Below, piece by piece: positions 18,416-27,483 of a stretch of 64,000 nucleotides of DNA; the stretch's first letter is position 1; every line of letters begins with the position of its first letter. Below the pieces are notes generated by a model that had not been told where the DNA came from, made no database searches, and worked only from the letters and a program-made list of their open reading frames with translations. The stretch is from Planctomycetaceae bacterium (GTDB lineage Bacteria > Planctomycetota > Planctomycetia > Planctomycetales > Planctomycetaceae), in contig JALQUR010000438.1 in NCBI GenBank assembly GCA_023260695.1, positions 1,448 to 65,447 of the forward strand. Reading direction: 5' to 3'. The position numbers and the translations under genes were made by a program.

Positions 18416-20296
18416 CTATGGTGCATCCGCGCGACTGCCGGTCCCGCTGACGGAAACCCGCTCTCCCGGATTCTGAGGCTCTGCAAACAGCTCTGGAAAG
18501 TCCTGCAGAGCAATTCGCTCATACGGCATTTCTGCCGCAGGTCGATCATGGCTGGCGTTGGCCACCCAGAGCACGCCTGACTCGGGGACGAACAACACAT
18601 TGTGCAGGTTGGATTTCATCGCCACCGGGCGGCTCATCAGCCACATGGCCTTCTGCTCGTCAATCTGACCATGTTCCTGCTGCACGCGCCGCCGCAGCTC
18701 TTCGAGTCGACTGCCGGCGGACAGAACAACGGCATCCGGAATCCCGGGGCCCAGCAACTCGTGCCCCTCTCCCGGACCGACAAACTCAATCGACTCCGGT
18801 GTTGCCGCCACCCCCACGGCTTTCCGCGTCTTGCCATCTGCAAATACGTAATAATATTCACAGGTTCGCGGCGATTCTGTCCACAACTTAATGACCTCCG
18901 CCAGAGTATCGCATTCCTCAAGCGCCCGCCGCATCAGCGTCGCCATGGGAACGCCATCCCAGTTGCCTTCGCCTCGTCCCCCCATTTCTCCCAGAGAAAT
19001 GCTGCTGACGTTCATTCCGCTGACGCTGCCCGTGAATCCTGCGTAGCCCACAGTCGCAAAACCCTGATAGCCACTCGGGCGAATCAGAAAGGTTGTTGCC
19101 GCATCCTGCAGTCCGATTGTGGTCATGTAATCCAGCACCCGACCGTGGTACAGTCGGCCGTCGCTTGTCGCCGAATTCATCACGGCAAAACCGGAACAGT
19201 GAAACAGCTCCGGAAACACGTTGAGCACTTCCAGACGATGAGGATCGCAGCCGATCGCCACCGCCATGGCTCGCGTTTCTGCCAGATGGCGTTCCGGAAT
19301 GTGCGGCGAAAGGCGCGCCCATGCTTCTTCCAGATCGTGTCGAAACCAGCGTCCCGTCCGGATCAGACTGGCGACAGCAAACGTGTTCATCACCGAATCG
19401 ATGCAGCGGCGGGCCTCGGTTCTGAGCAGTTGTCCGTGAGCCGTACCGATCTGCTCCGGCGTACCCCACAATGTTACGACACGCTGATTGCCTCGCCAGA
19501 CCAGACGACCATGCTCGACCTCGGCCGATTTCTGCTGAGGATTCAGCAGGGTGGGACCGGGGAGCAGAATCTCTGTCGCCCGCCGCACTCCGGACAGCAG
19601 AGTATCCTCGATTTCCTCACGCGACAGCTGCACCGCATCGCTGATTTCCGTCAGCGGCTGCAGCGATTGCACCTGCGGACCGGAACGAACCTGCAGACGA
19701 ACTGTGACCTGATCGGCAACCACCACGTAGTGTCCCGGCGAATCTACAGTGAGCCGTACATCGCCGATTTTCCAGGCGTTGTCACCCACCTGTGTGGCCA
19801 GTCCGCTGTTCTGGAGCAGACTCTGCAGCAGATTCTCTGCTCCGGCAGGTCCCGTCGCTGTCGCCAGTGAAAGGAAGGGAAACGCCCTGGAATCGGCAGA
19901 AACAAGTCGCTGCAGCACACCTGCAGGGGCCAGACTGCTGGCAGGAGCAACCTCACCATGTCCCACGTAGGCTGTCTTGTGCAACGGCGTCTGAACCAGC
20001 GTTGTCTCCGCTCTGCGGCTGATTCGAATTGCATATTCCGCGTGCTCAAGGGCTAACTCGAATTCGTCGTCGCCAGTGCGAATTAACTCGGCAGTGATCG
20101 TCTGCTGACGCCCGTCAATCGGAACATCAGCTTCAGCCAGCAACTGCCAGCGTTCACTGCGACCACCAACGATCTCCAGAACCGGCTGCAGGTCACTCAC
20201 CAGATCTCCGGCGGCAGCCGACCCGATCAGGCAGCAGATCAGAAAAAGCAGCCGCAATGATGTGGCCCACCCTCCACGACCCGAATCCATGTTCAT
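18416..20296 (-). CDS. secreted protein with C-terminal C45-type (Ntn, acyl-CoA:6-APA acyltransferase-like) peptidase domain
   Basis: I trimmed the start to the ATG at 20296 (MNMDSGRGGWATSLRLLFLICCLIGSAAAG signal peptide). The C-terminal half has the candidate nucleophile context LFHCSGFAVMNSATSDGRLYHGRVLDY typical of C45/Ntn hydrolases. I do not recognise the N-terminal portion of about 330 aa. Confidence 0.65.
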   Translation of the reverse strand: MNMDSGRGGWATSLRLLFLICCLIGSAAAGDLVSDLQPVLEIVGGRSERWQLLAEADVPIDGRQQTITAELIRTGDDEFELALEHAEYAIRISRRAETTLVQTPLHKTAYVGHGEVAPASSLAPAGVLQRLVSADSRAFPFLSLATATGPAGAENLLQSLLQNSGLATQVGDNAWKIGDVRLTVDSPGHYVVVADQVTVRLQVRSGPQVQSLQPLTEISDAVQLSREEIEDTLLSGVRRATEILLPGPTLLNPQQKSAEVEHGRLVWRGNQRVVTLWGTPEQIGTAHGQLLRTEARRCIDSVMNTFAVASLIRTGRWFRHDLEEAWARLSPHIPERHLAETRAMAVAIGCDPHRLEVLNVFPELFHCSGFAVMNSATSDGRLYHGRVLDYMTTIGLQDAATTFLIRPSGYQGFATVGYAGFTGSVSGMNVSSISLGEMGGRGEGNWDGVPMATLMRRALEECDTLAEVIKLWTESPRTCEYYYVFADGKTRKAVGVAATPESIEFVGPGEGHELLGPGIPDAVVLSAGSRLEELRRRVQQEHGQIDEQKAMWLMSRPVAMKSNLHNVLFVPESGVLWVANASHDRPAAEMPYERIALQDFPELFAEPQNPGERVSVSGTGSRADAP

Positions 20297-20566
20297 GGTT
20301 TTTCCTGAAATAATGCCCCGAAATGACCAGCCCACGCGGGAACTCTTTACCTCGCTGCGGCGTCGCTGAGTATATCGGTCGGCGTTCTCCACGAACAGTA
20401 ACTGCACGGTTCAGCAAATGAATCATCAATCGGAAAAAACCGTAAACCCTGCCTGATCCGTCTGACACTGTTGTTTTGACTCTGCCAGCAGCCCCGGAGC
20501 CGATACAATGAGGTCGGCAGATTTCTTCAACTGCAGCCCGCCAGAAACAGGCGTCGCTGCCTTCAG

Positions 20567-23500
20567 ATGCCAGTTCCCGCACATCTCCGCAAAGGTGCTC
20601 TCGTGTCTATCACTCAGGAATCAACCGAATCCTCTCGCTTTGTCCAGCCGGATGAATTCATCCAGCATCAGCTGCAGCGTGCACAAAGTCGGATCCAGAC
20701 CACAGATATTCTCAGTGCGCTCGTTCTGTCGGGCCTGCTGCTTGTCGGTTATGTGCTCGTCTTCACGCTGCTGGATCACTGGGTGATCGAAGGTGGTTTC
20801 CGGCCGGTAACACGAGCCGTCATGCTGCTGGCTGTACTTTCCTGCTGTGCCGTACTCATCTATCGATTTGTATTTCGCCGGATGAATTCGGCCATTAATC
20901 CGCTCTTTGCCGCACAGATGCTGGAACATGGCATCGAATCATCGCGTGGAAGTCTGCTGACCCTGATCGACCTCCGGAATTCACGCCACCAGCCCACAGC
21001 TTCCGTACGCCGTACTCTGGCCAATCGTGCTGCAGCGGGGCTGAATCAGATTCATCTGGATGAAGTGATTGATCGCACATGGCTGCTTCGAGGCAGCATG
21101 GCGTTGTTTGTCATCACACTGCTGATGTGCCTGTATGCGGTGTTCAGCCCGAAAAGTATCAGCATTCTCAGGCCGCTGTCTCTGGCTGGCGTCGACGTGG
21201 CCACCCGGACCCGCCTGGAATCGGTTCTCCCTGGCAATACGACAATTACCGCAGGATCATGGCTGCAGTTTCAGACGGATCTGTCAGGGACCCTTCCCGC
21301 TGAAGTCCAGGTGTTCTACACCACCACCGACCGCCGCTTTGTCGATGAACCGCTTACTCTGCAGGCGGGCGACGATGAATATCGCTTCACGGCAGAATTG
21401 ACCGGTGCAGACAATCGCGGGATCCGCCAGAACCTTACCTACTACGTTCGCGCGGGCGATGCAGTCAGTCAGACATATTCGGTCAATGTGATTCAGCCAC
21501 CCTCAGCGGCACTGACACGCGTCCGCTACAAGTACCCGTCCTACATGCAGCTCCCCGATCATTCCTCCACGGATCAGGCGATCAGCACGTGGGAAGATTC
21601 CCAGGTGACGCTGGAAGCAACAGCCACAGTCCCGCTCAGCAGTGCTGTGCTGCAACTGTCGGATGATCCGCAGTTCTCCGGAAAATCGGAGGAAATTCGC
21701 TGCAGCATCGACGACCTCAATCTGCGTTGCGAATGGACATTGTCGGCACGGTCCGACGGGTCCTTCCCGCGTTATTGCAGGATTCAGGTCACTGACGCAG
21801 AAGGAGCTCAGAATCCAGATCCTGCAGTCTACCCCGTAGAAGTCCGCCGTGATCAACCCCCCGTTGTGCGTCTGCTTGATCCCACCGGTGACCTTGATGT
21901 CCCACGAAATGCCGTCATTCCGCTGCTGATCGAAGCCGAAGACCCGGACTTCCTGCTCCGCAACGTCACCCTGCACTGCACAATCAATGGACAGCCGCCC
22001 CTGCCAACCGAGTTTCTGATGGATACGGCAACTGCCGGTCCGTTGCAGAAATGGTCCGGCACTCACGAACTGCACATCGATCTGCTGCGTGTTCAGCCAG
22101 GTGACGTTGTGACCTGCTACGTCGAAGCAAGGGATAATCATCCACCGCTGGGCAATGCCTCACGCAGCAGTGAAATTCGGCTGCAGATCCAACAAAACGC
22201 GGCCCCGGAACAGGTGCAGGAGCAGCTGCGGCAGGATCGCGAGATTCAGCAGAACATGATGCGTTCCCGGGAAAATGGGACAGAACCGTCCGGCACTCCC
22301 GAACCAGGTACGTCAGCAGAACCGACCCCGCAGCAACCACAGCAGACAGATCCGGCAGAGAACCCCCAGCAGACAAGCGATGCAAATGGCACCGGTAACA
22401 GCAATCCTGACAGTGCTGACGGCAACAAAACCGGACAGCCGGCAGGTAATGGGAACCAGCAGCCCCGATCACAGAATGCCTCAGAGTCAGACACCGAACG
22501 GACTGACGGAAATCAGTCCGGTGACCAGACATCGGAACAATCCGGAGTCGCGACATCTGAGCAGGAACGGTCCCCCGCATCTGATGATGAAGCACTCCAG
22601 GAACTCATTAATCAGCTCCGAAAAAACGACGAGCTGAATGACCTCAGTAATCCAGCCGACAAGCAGCAACCGACGAATTCCGACGGGGCTCAGGATTCCA
22701 GCCAGACCCGACCCGACTCCGGCAATCAGACTGGTGAAAGCAGCCTTCAGGCTCCAGACACAGAGAATCCCTCCGACTCAGAACAGAATCGCAGCCAGCG
22801 GCCGGCAGCCACCGCCGCAGATGACAACCCTGACCAGATGCCGTCCCGACCGGACCCGACCAGCGCTGACCCCGACGCATCAGAAAGCAGGACTGAGCAG
22901 AACTCTTCCGATACTGCAGCACAGCAGCCCGACTCGAATTCGACACCCGATGGACAGCAACAGACCCCACACGAAAGCAGTCCCGAACCTGTCGGTGAAC
23001 AGCAGAAACCCGAACCGGGCGCTACAGGCGAACAGGGGACTGACAACAGGAAGCCAATGCCAGAGGATGGTGCTTCGGATGCGCAGCAGTCAACCGAGAG
23101 CAACTCGACTGGCGACAACAAAGCAAACATGTCCGACAACAAAAGCGGTGACGGATCATCAGGTAACCAGCAGCAGCAGAACACCTCACCCGCTGCGCAG
23201 GGCGATGCTTCCTCCGGCAACAGCGAAACCAGCTCCGGAGAAGCCGGGGATTCATCCGCCGGATCGCAGTCACAAAGCCAGAATGGCACAGGCCAGGGAA
23301 TGCCGTCCGGATCTGCAGACGGTAACAGTGGTGGTGCAGCAGGCAGTGGCAAATCGTCTGCCGGAGAATCCTCCGGAAGTAAATCCGGCAATCAACCGAA
23401 CAAATCAGGTGCAGCAGACTCTGCGTCACAATCACAGGGTTCTACTGGCGAAAATGCGGGAGCTGAAAACACCGCCAACGGGTCAGCGTCCGACAACAAA

Positions 23501-24550
23501 TCACAGTCTCAGCAGACTGAGTCCGGTAACTCTGAGAACGGATCAACCTCCCGCAATGGCAGGAAACCGCTCGACAATGCCGCTGAATCCTCGTCTGACT
23601 CTCAGTCAGATCAGCCTTCCGCAGACCAGAATGACGGGATGAACAAACCCGGTTCCGATTCTGCTCCGTCACAAGGGTCACCCGCAGGCGGTCAGGATCA
23701 GTCCGCTGCAGATGATGCAAGTGACTCCGCTGATGACAATGCTGCCGCTCAGTCTGGTCAGCAGGGAAAACAGAAATCCGGCAGGCAGCCCGGCCAACAG
23801 CAAGCCGAAGGCGGTCAGAATCAGTCCGGTGGACAGCAGCAGGGTGCTGCTCAGAAAGGTGGCGAAGGTCAGCAGGGCGGCAAAGGTGGCAGCGGACAAC
23901 AGTCCGGAAATGGTGGTCAGGGCCCGACCGGCAAACCCGGAGCGCTAGGCGGTGTGCATACAGGTGGTGGCCAGGCCAGCAGCGCAGAAATGGATGATTC
24001 CACACAGGACCAGAGTGAACCTGGCAAACGACAACCGGGTCAGAACGCGGGCGGAGCACCGGCCGCTGCGGACGTCGAAGCAGAAGCTGGTGTCGGCAGT
24101 GCAGCTGACGCCAGTAAGCCCGCTCAGTTAGACGGACCGGATCCGCAGGAAGTTGATCGAGCAGCACGTGCAGCAAACCTCGCACTACGCCGCCTGCGTC
24201 AGGATCTCGATCGCGGTCAGGTCAACCGGGAACTGCTGGACCAGCTGGGCTGGACGGAAGAACAATTGCTGGAATTCACAGAACGGATGCAGCAACGCCT
24301 GCTGGAACGCGAAGAAAACGCCGCAAAACAGAAAGAACTGTCCCTCTCACAAAAGTCTTTCAACGAGATGCTTCGCAGCCTTGATCTGCAGTCCAGTGGT
24401 TCCACTCGAATAGGAAACTCTGATCGCGACCGGGACCGCACAGATACCACCCTGCGGAACTCTGTTCCCCCGTCGAAGTATCGAGAAGCATTCGAAGCCT
24501 ATCAGCGATCACTCTCAGGCGCCGGTTCAAGGGACAATCCAAAACGCTGA
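20567..24550 (+). CDS. 3-TM envelope protein, DUF4175/TIGR02302-like, with about 620-aa polyanionic disordered region
   Basis: 1327 aa with three hydrophobic helices: ILSALVLSGLLLVGYVLVFTLL, VMLLAVLSCCAVLIYRFVF and GSMALFVITLLMCLYAVF. A beta-rich ectodomain of about 370 aa follows, then S/G/Q/N/D/E/P low complexity, then a C-terminal coiled coil ending ...PPSKYREAFEAYQRSL. The exact start is uncertain. Confidence 0.75.
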   Translation: MPVPAHLRKGALVSITQESTESSRFVQPDEFIQHQLQRAQSRIQTTDILSALVLSGLLLVGYVLVFTLLDHWVIEGGFRPVTRAVMLLAVLSCCAVLIYRFVFRRMNSAINPLFAAQMLEHGIESSRGSLLTLIDLRNSRHQPTASVRRTLANRAAAGLNQIHLDEVIDRTWLLRGSMALFVITLLMCLYAVFSPKSISILRPLSLAGVDVATRTRLESVLPGNTTITAGSWLQFQTDLSGTLPAEVQVFYTTTDRRFVDEPLTLQAGDDEYRFTAELTGADNRGIRQNLTYYVRAGDAVSQTYSVNVIQPPSAALTRVRYKYPSYMQLPDHSSTDQAISTWEDSQVTLEATATVPLSSAVLQLSDDPQFSGKSEEIRCSIDDLNLRCEWTLSARSDGSFPRYCRIQVTDAEGAQNPDPAVYPVEVRRDQPPVVRLLDPTGDLDVPRNAVIPLLIEAEDPDFLLRNVTLHCTINGQPPLPTEFLMDTATAGPLQKWSGTHELHIDLLRVQPGDVVTCYVEARDNHPPLGNASRSSEIRLQIQQNAAPEQVQEQLRQDREIQQNMMRSRENGTEPSGTPEPGTSAEPTPQQPQQTDPAENPQQTSDANGTGNSNPDSADGNKTGQPAGNGNQQPRSQNASESDTERTDGNQSGDQTSEQSGVATSEQERSPASDDEALQELINQLRKNDELNDLSNPADKQQPTNSDGAQDSSQTRPDSGNQTGESSLQAPDTENPSDSEQNRSQRPAATAADDNPDQMPSRPDPTSADPDASESRTEQNSSDTAAQQPDSNSTPDGQQQTPHESSPEPVGEQQKPEPGATGEQGTDNRKPMPEDGASDAQQSTESNSTGDNKANMSDNKSGDGSSGNQQQQNTSPAAQGDASSGNSETSSGEAGDSSAGSQSQSQNGTGQGMPSGSADGNSGGAAGSGKSSAGESSGSKSGNQPNKSGAADSASQSQGSTGENAGAENTANGSASDNKSQSQQTESGNSENGSTSRNGRKPLDNAAESSSDSQSDQPSADQNDGMNKPGSDSAPSQGSPAGGQDQSAADDASDSADDNAAAQSGQQGKQKSGRQPGQQQAEGGQNQSGGQQQGAAQKGGEGQQGGKGGSGQQSGNGGQGPTGKPGALGGVHTGGGQASSAEMDDSTQDQSEPGKRQPGQNAGGAPAAADVEAEAGVGSAADASKPAQLDGPDPQEVDRAARAANLALRRLRQDLDRGQVNRELLDQLGWTEEQLLEFTERMQQRLLEREENAAKQKELSLSQKSFNEMLRSLDLQSSGSTRIGNSDRDRDRTDTTLRNSVPPSKYREAFEAYQRSLSGAGSRDNPKR

Positions 24551-24897
24551 GTTGTGGATCAGGCCGAGACGGACTGACATTCATAACAGCAGCATCCACC
24601 TGCGGAAATCTCGGAGCACCACTGATCGCACTGATTCCAGAGCTCTGATTCCAGCCGTCACTGTCCCGCAGATGGATTTCTACAAAAGTCAGTCAGCAAG
24701 GCAGATCCGCCCTCGCATGACTGGCAGCCGAGGCCATTACGCCAGTCGACATTCGGCTCAGTACGCTCATTCGCCGCTCCGAATGATTCACGCAGCCGCC
24801 AGCAGAAAACAGCTGGTACCAGAAAACAGCAGCCTCTGACAGACTGGCAGGAACAGCAGGGTTGGCCTGGCGTCGATGTTCAGGCTCGCCGCCTCGC

Positions 24898-24931
24898 AAA
24901 AAAAAAAACGCCGTACACAAGGTACGGCGTT
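24898..24931 (-). terminator. rho-independent terminator (minus strand)
   Basis: Perfect 10-bp stem aacgccgtac/gtacggcgtt (24907-24916 and 24922-24931) with loop acaag. On the minus strand an 11-nt U-run follows (A-run 24898-24908 on plus). It lies 63 nt downstream of the 24994 stop. Confidence 0.85.
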
Positions 24932-24993
24932 CAATCATGTTGATCATGCGTCATTCGTCGGCCACGATCTACAGACCGTGTCAGAGTTCCGGG

Positions 24994-25305
24994 TCATACT
25001 GCCTCGAAGACTTCTGAGCTTTCTTCACCCAGCTGATCTTCGACGAACAGGTTTCCAACGCTGCCCGGCCCGTGATCGTAGCAGTCGTCGTTGTGCCAGA
25101 GCGGCAGACCAGCTGCATAGCGAGCAGCCAGCATCATCACTTTTTCTTCGGAACCAGGTTTGGCAGCTGTCGGAGCTGATGGGTCCACCCCAAGCGATTT
25201 CAGCTCTTCTTCAAACCCTGCATCCAGATCGTTGAGAAACTCAAAACCTTCAATGTCAGACAGGGTATCGAGTCCGGAATCAACATCGGAAAACGGCGCC
25301 AGCAT
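24994..25305 (-). CDS. small acidic hypothetical protein
   Basis: I trimmed the start to the ATG at 25305 (MLAPFSDVDSGLDTLSDIEGFEFLNDLDAGFEEE...), with GGAG 8-9 nt upstream. It is about 103 aa and D/E-rich. It is followed by the strongest terminator in the window. Confidence 0.55.
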   Translation of the reverse strand: MLAPFSDVDSGLDTLSDIEGFEFLNDLDAGFEEELKSLGVDPSAPTAAKPGSEEKVMMLAARYAAGLPLWHNDDCYDHGPGSVGNLFVEDQLGEESSEVFEAV

Positions 25306-25738
25306 GCAGCTACTCCAGTGAGGAAAAGGCAGAAATGTTTGTTCTGTTCCATCCCTGGAGAGTGCACTGAGGATCAACACCGCGGAAGCTTCAGAGCGGC
25401 CATAATGCCGGGCTTCAACGCTGGGTGCCAGAACTACTTCAGGCTGTTCAAGACCCGGAATTCCATCCGGGGTTTGATAGCGAATCCATTCGCTCGCGAA
25501 TTGTTGAGGCAGCTTAACGAATTGTCAATATTTATTCCCGGCGACAAGACCTGATTCAACGTATCTCAGCGTTTTCACTGAGTCACCCCAGCAAAAAGAC
25601 CTCCCAGAAAGCCCAGTCCAGAGAAAACTCCCAATCACTCAATTGGGCAACACACGTCCACAAGACGCAGTGTTACCCGGAAGGGCAGCAGCACTTCCGG
25701 CGTTTCCTGGAATCCTGATTCTGTCTGCACCTGTTCGG

Positions 25739-27457
25739 TCACTGCGATTCAGCGCGTTGCTGCAGTTCCTGAGCAGCCTGCAGAAGTTTCTGTTGCCGCT
25801 CGCTGAGTTGCTGCACCTGACGCCGCAGGTCGTCGATCCGCTCTTTTGCCGCATTCTGCAGCAGCAGATCGACTCGCTCCGTACGGTTATTTACCTGAAC
25901 CTGCAGATTTCTGAGCACACGTATTTCAGCAATCAGCTCCACAAGCGGCGACTGCTGCCCTTGCTGTCCCTGCTGCTGCTGTTGTTCCTGCTGTTGCTGT
26001 TCCTGCTGCTCCTGCAGTTCTTTCTGCATGATTTCAATCAGTTGTTTCAGAGCATCGATGATGTCCTGCTGCACCGACTGTGTCAGTTCTGAAACATCAG
26101 ATTCACGTAGCCATTCTGCAACAGAATTCATGTCTGCTTCGATGTCTTCCACAGCAAGAAGAATAGCGCTCGATGTGCCGTCCTCACGTAACAGGAGTAC
26201 CGTACCAGTGCACTCTCGGCCCAGTTCGGTCTGCTCCTGTGCCAGTTCGCGACAGCGTGCGAAGGACAGATCCAGCCACTCCGTCTTTGGAACCTCTGCC
26301 AGACTGACGGTACTTTCATGGATCTGCGTCTGCACAATCAACAGTCTCTGAAAGCGTGCTTCGAGCGACGCCAGAATCATTTCCTTTTCTTCTTCTCGCA
26401 GCTGCCGCAGTTCTTCTTCCAGTCGCTCCTCCGCAGCTCGCAGTTCTCTGAGCGCCTGATCTTCGTTCTTCAGTGCCTGCTCACGCTGCTGCTGTTGCAG
26501 TGCCTCAAGCGCCTGCTGCATCTGCTGCTGAGCCTGTTCCAGCTGCTGACGCCCCGGTGTCTGCTGGCCATTCTGCTGCTGGCCATTCTGCTGCTGGCCA
26601 CTTTGTGACTGGCTGTCCTGTGCTCCCCCTTGCTGCGGCTGTCCGTTTTCCCCTGAGGGCTTCTCAGAGTCTGGTTCATTCTCAGAACCGTCTCCGCGTT
26701 CCTCAGCTGGTCTCCCGTCGTCGGTGGGACCATCCGGGTCGGCAGGCTGCTGCGGATCCTCGGAGCTGTCTTCACCACCGGATTTCTGATCGCCATTGCT
26801 GTTGTTCTCAGCAGACTGTTCCCCCTGCCCGGCAGCGTTTTTCTCCCCGGACTGCTCCGCTGCGTTTTTCTCTGCATCGTGGGAATCAATCCTGTCCAGC
26901 AGTTTGTCTGCTTCATCAAGTGCCTGCTGCTGTCCCGGAGCAGCCTCTGCCGGTGCCGGTGAAAGCTGGGTTGCAATTCGAGCTGCCTTCTGCCGTTCCA
27001 TCACGCGGCGAACATCTCGCAGCACGTCGTTAAGTCGTTCGCGTTCCTTCTCCACGCTGCTGCGACGATCTTCGCTCTGCATCAGACTCAGCAGCGCCTG
27101 CAGGCTGTCCACGATTTCCTGCTGCTTTTCAGAAGCTGCCCCCAGATCCCCGTCGCCGATCAGCGCCACCGCCTGCTCAATCTTTTCCCGCAGCAGATCT
27201 TCGCGTCCCTGGCCGAGAGCTCTGCGGAGCAAATCGGCTCGCTCCGGATCCTGTCGGGCCAGAATGTCCGCCATCTGCGTCAGCATGCGTTCAAATCGAG
27301 CGTATCTGCCGCTGATCGAGATCTGTTCGTTCTTCAGTTGCCCCCCGCCCGGATCTGCCTGCGGAGTCTCATCAGTAAATGCAGCCGAACCGCCCATCGC
27401 AGCGACAGTGCAGAACATTACAGACGCCAGCAGAAAAAAACGGCCATCTTTGTTCAT
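25739..27457 (-). CDS. secreted coiled-coil / Q-rich low-complexity protein
   Basis: The likely start is the ATG at 27457 (MNKDGRFFLLASVMFCTVAAMGGSAAF signal peptide). The ORF track starts at the GTG at 27484. There are long heptad-like helices, an acidic S/G/Q/N/E block and a C-terminal poly-Q/E block. Confidence 0.7.
   Translation of the reverse strand: MNKDGRFFLLASVMFCTVAAMGGSAAFTDETPQADPGGGQLKNEQISISGRYARFERMLTQMADILARQDPERADLLRRALGQGREDLLREKIEQAVALIGDGDLGAASEKQQEIVDSLQALLSLMQSEDRRSSVEKERERLNDVLRDVRRVMERQKAARIATQLSPAPAEAAPGQQQALDEADKLLDRIDSHDAEKNAAEQSGEKNAAGQGEQSAENNSNGDQKSGGEDSSEDPQQPADPDGPTDDGRPAEERGDGSENEPDSEKPSGENGQPQQGGAQDSQSQSGQQQNGQQQNGQQTPGRQQLEQAQQQMQQALEALQQQQREQALKNEDQALRELRAAEERLEEELRQLREEEKEMILASLEARFQRLLIVQTQIHESTVSLAEVPKTEWLDLSFARCRELAQEQTELGRECTGTVLLLREDGTSSAILLAVEDIEADMNSVAEWLRESDVSELTQSVQQDIIDALKQLIEIMQKELQEQQEQQQQEQQQQQGQQGQQSPLVELIAEIRVLRNLQVQVNNRTERVDLLLQNAAKERIDDLRRQVQQLSERQQKLLQAAQELQQRAESQ
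26561..26605. repeat. in-frame 15-nt tandem repeat (3 units) inside the coiled-coil gene
   Basis: The units are ctgctggccattctg x2 (26561-26590) and ctgctggccactttg (26591-26605). On the minus strand they encode ...GQQQNGQQQNGQQ.... Confidence 0.7.
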
Positions 27458-27483
27458 CAGAACTCTCCCGTGAGTCTGCGGCA

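Noticed and set aside
22638-24185. Alternative-frame ORFs inside the low-complexity tract: 22638..23642 (+), 22747..23391 (-) and 23442..24185 (-).
   Set aside because: They are by-products of the T-poor, repeat-like composition of the disordered-region coding sequence. The frame of the 1327-aa protein is continuous with well-formed N- and C-terminal domains.
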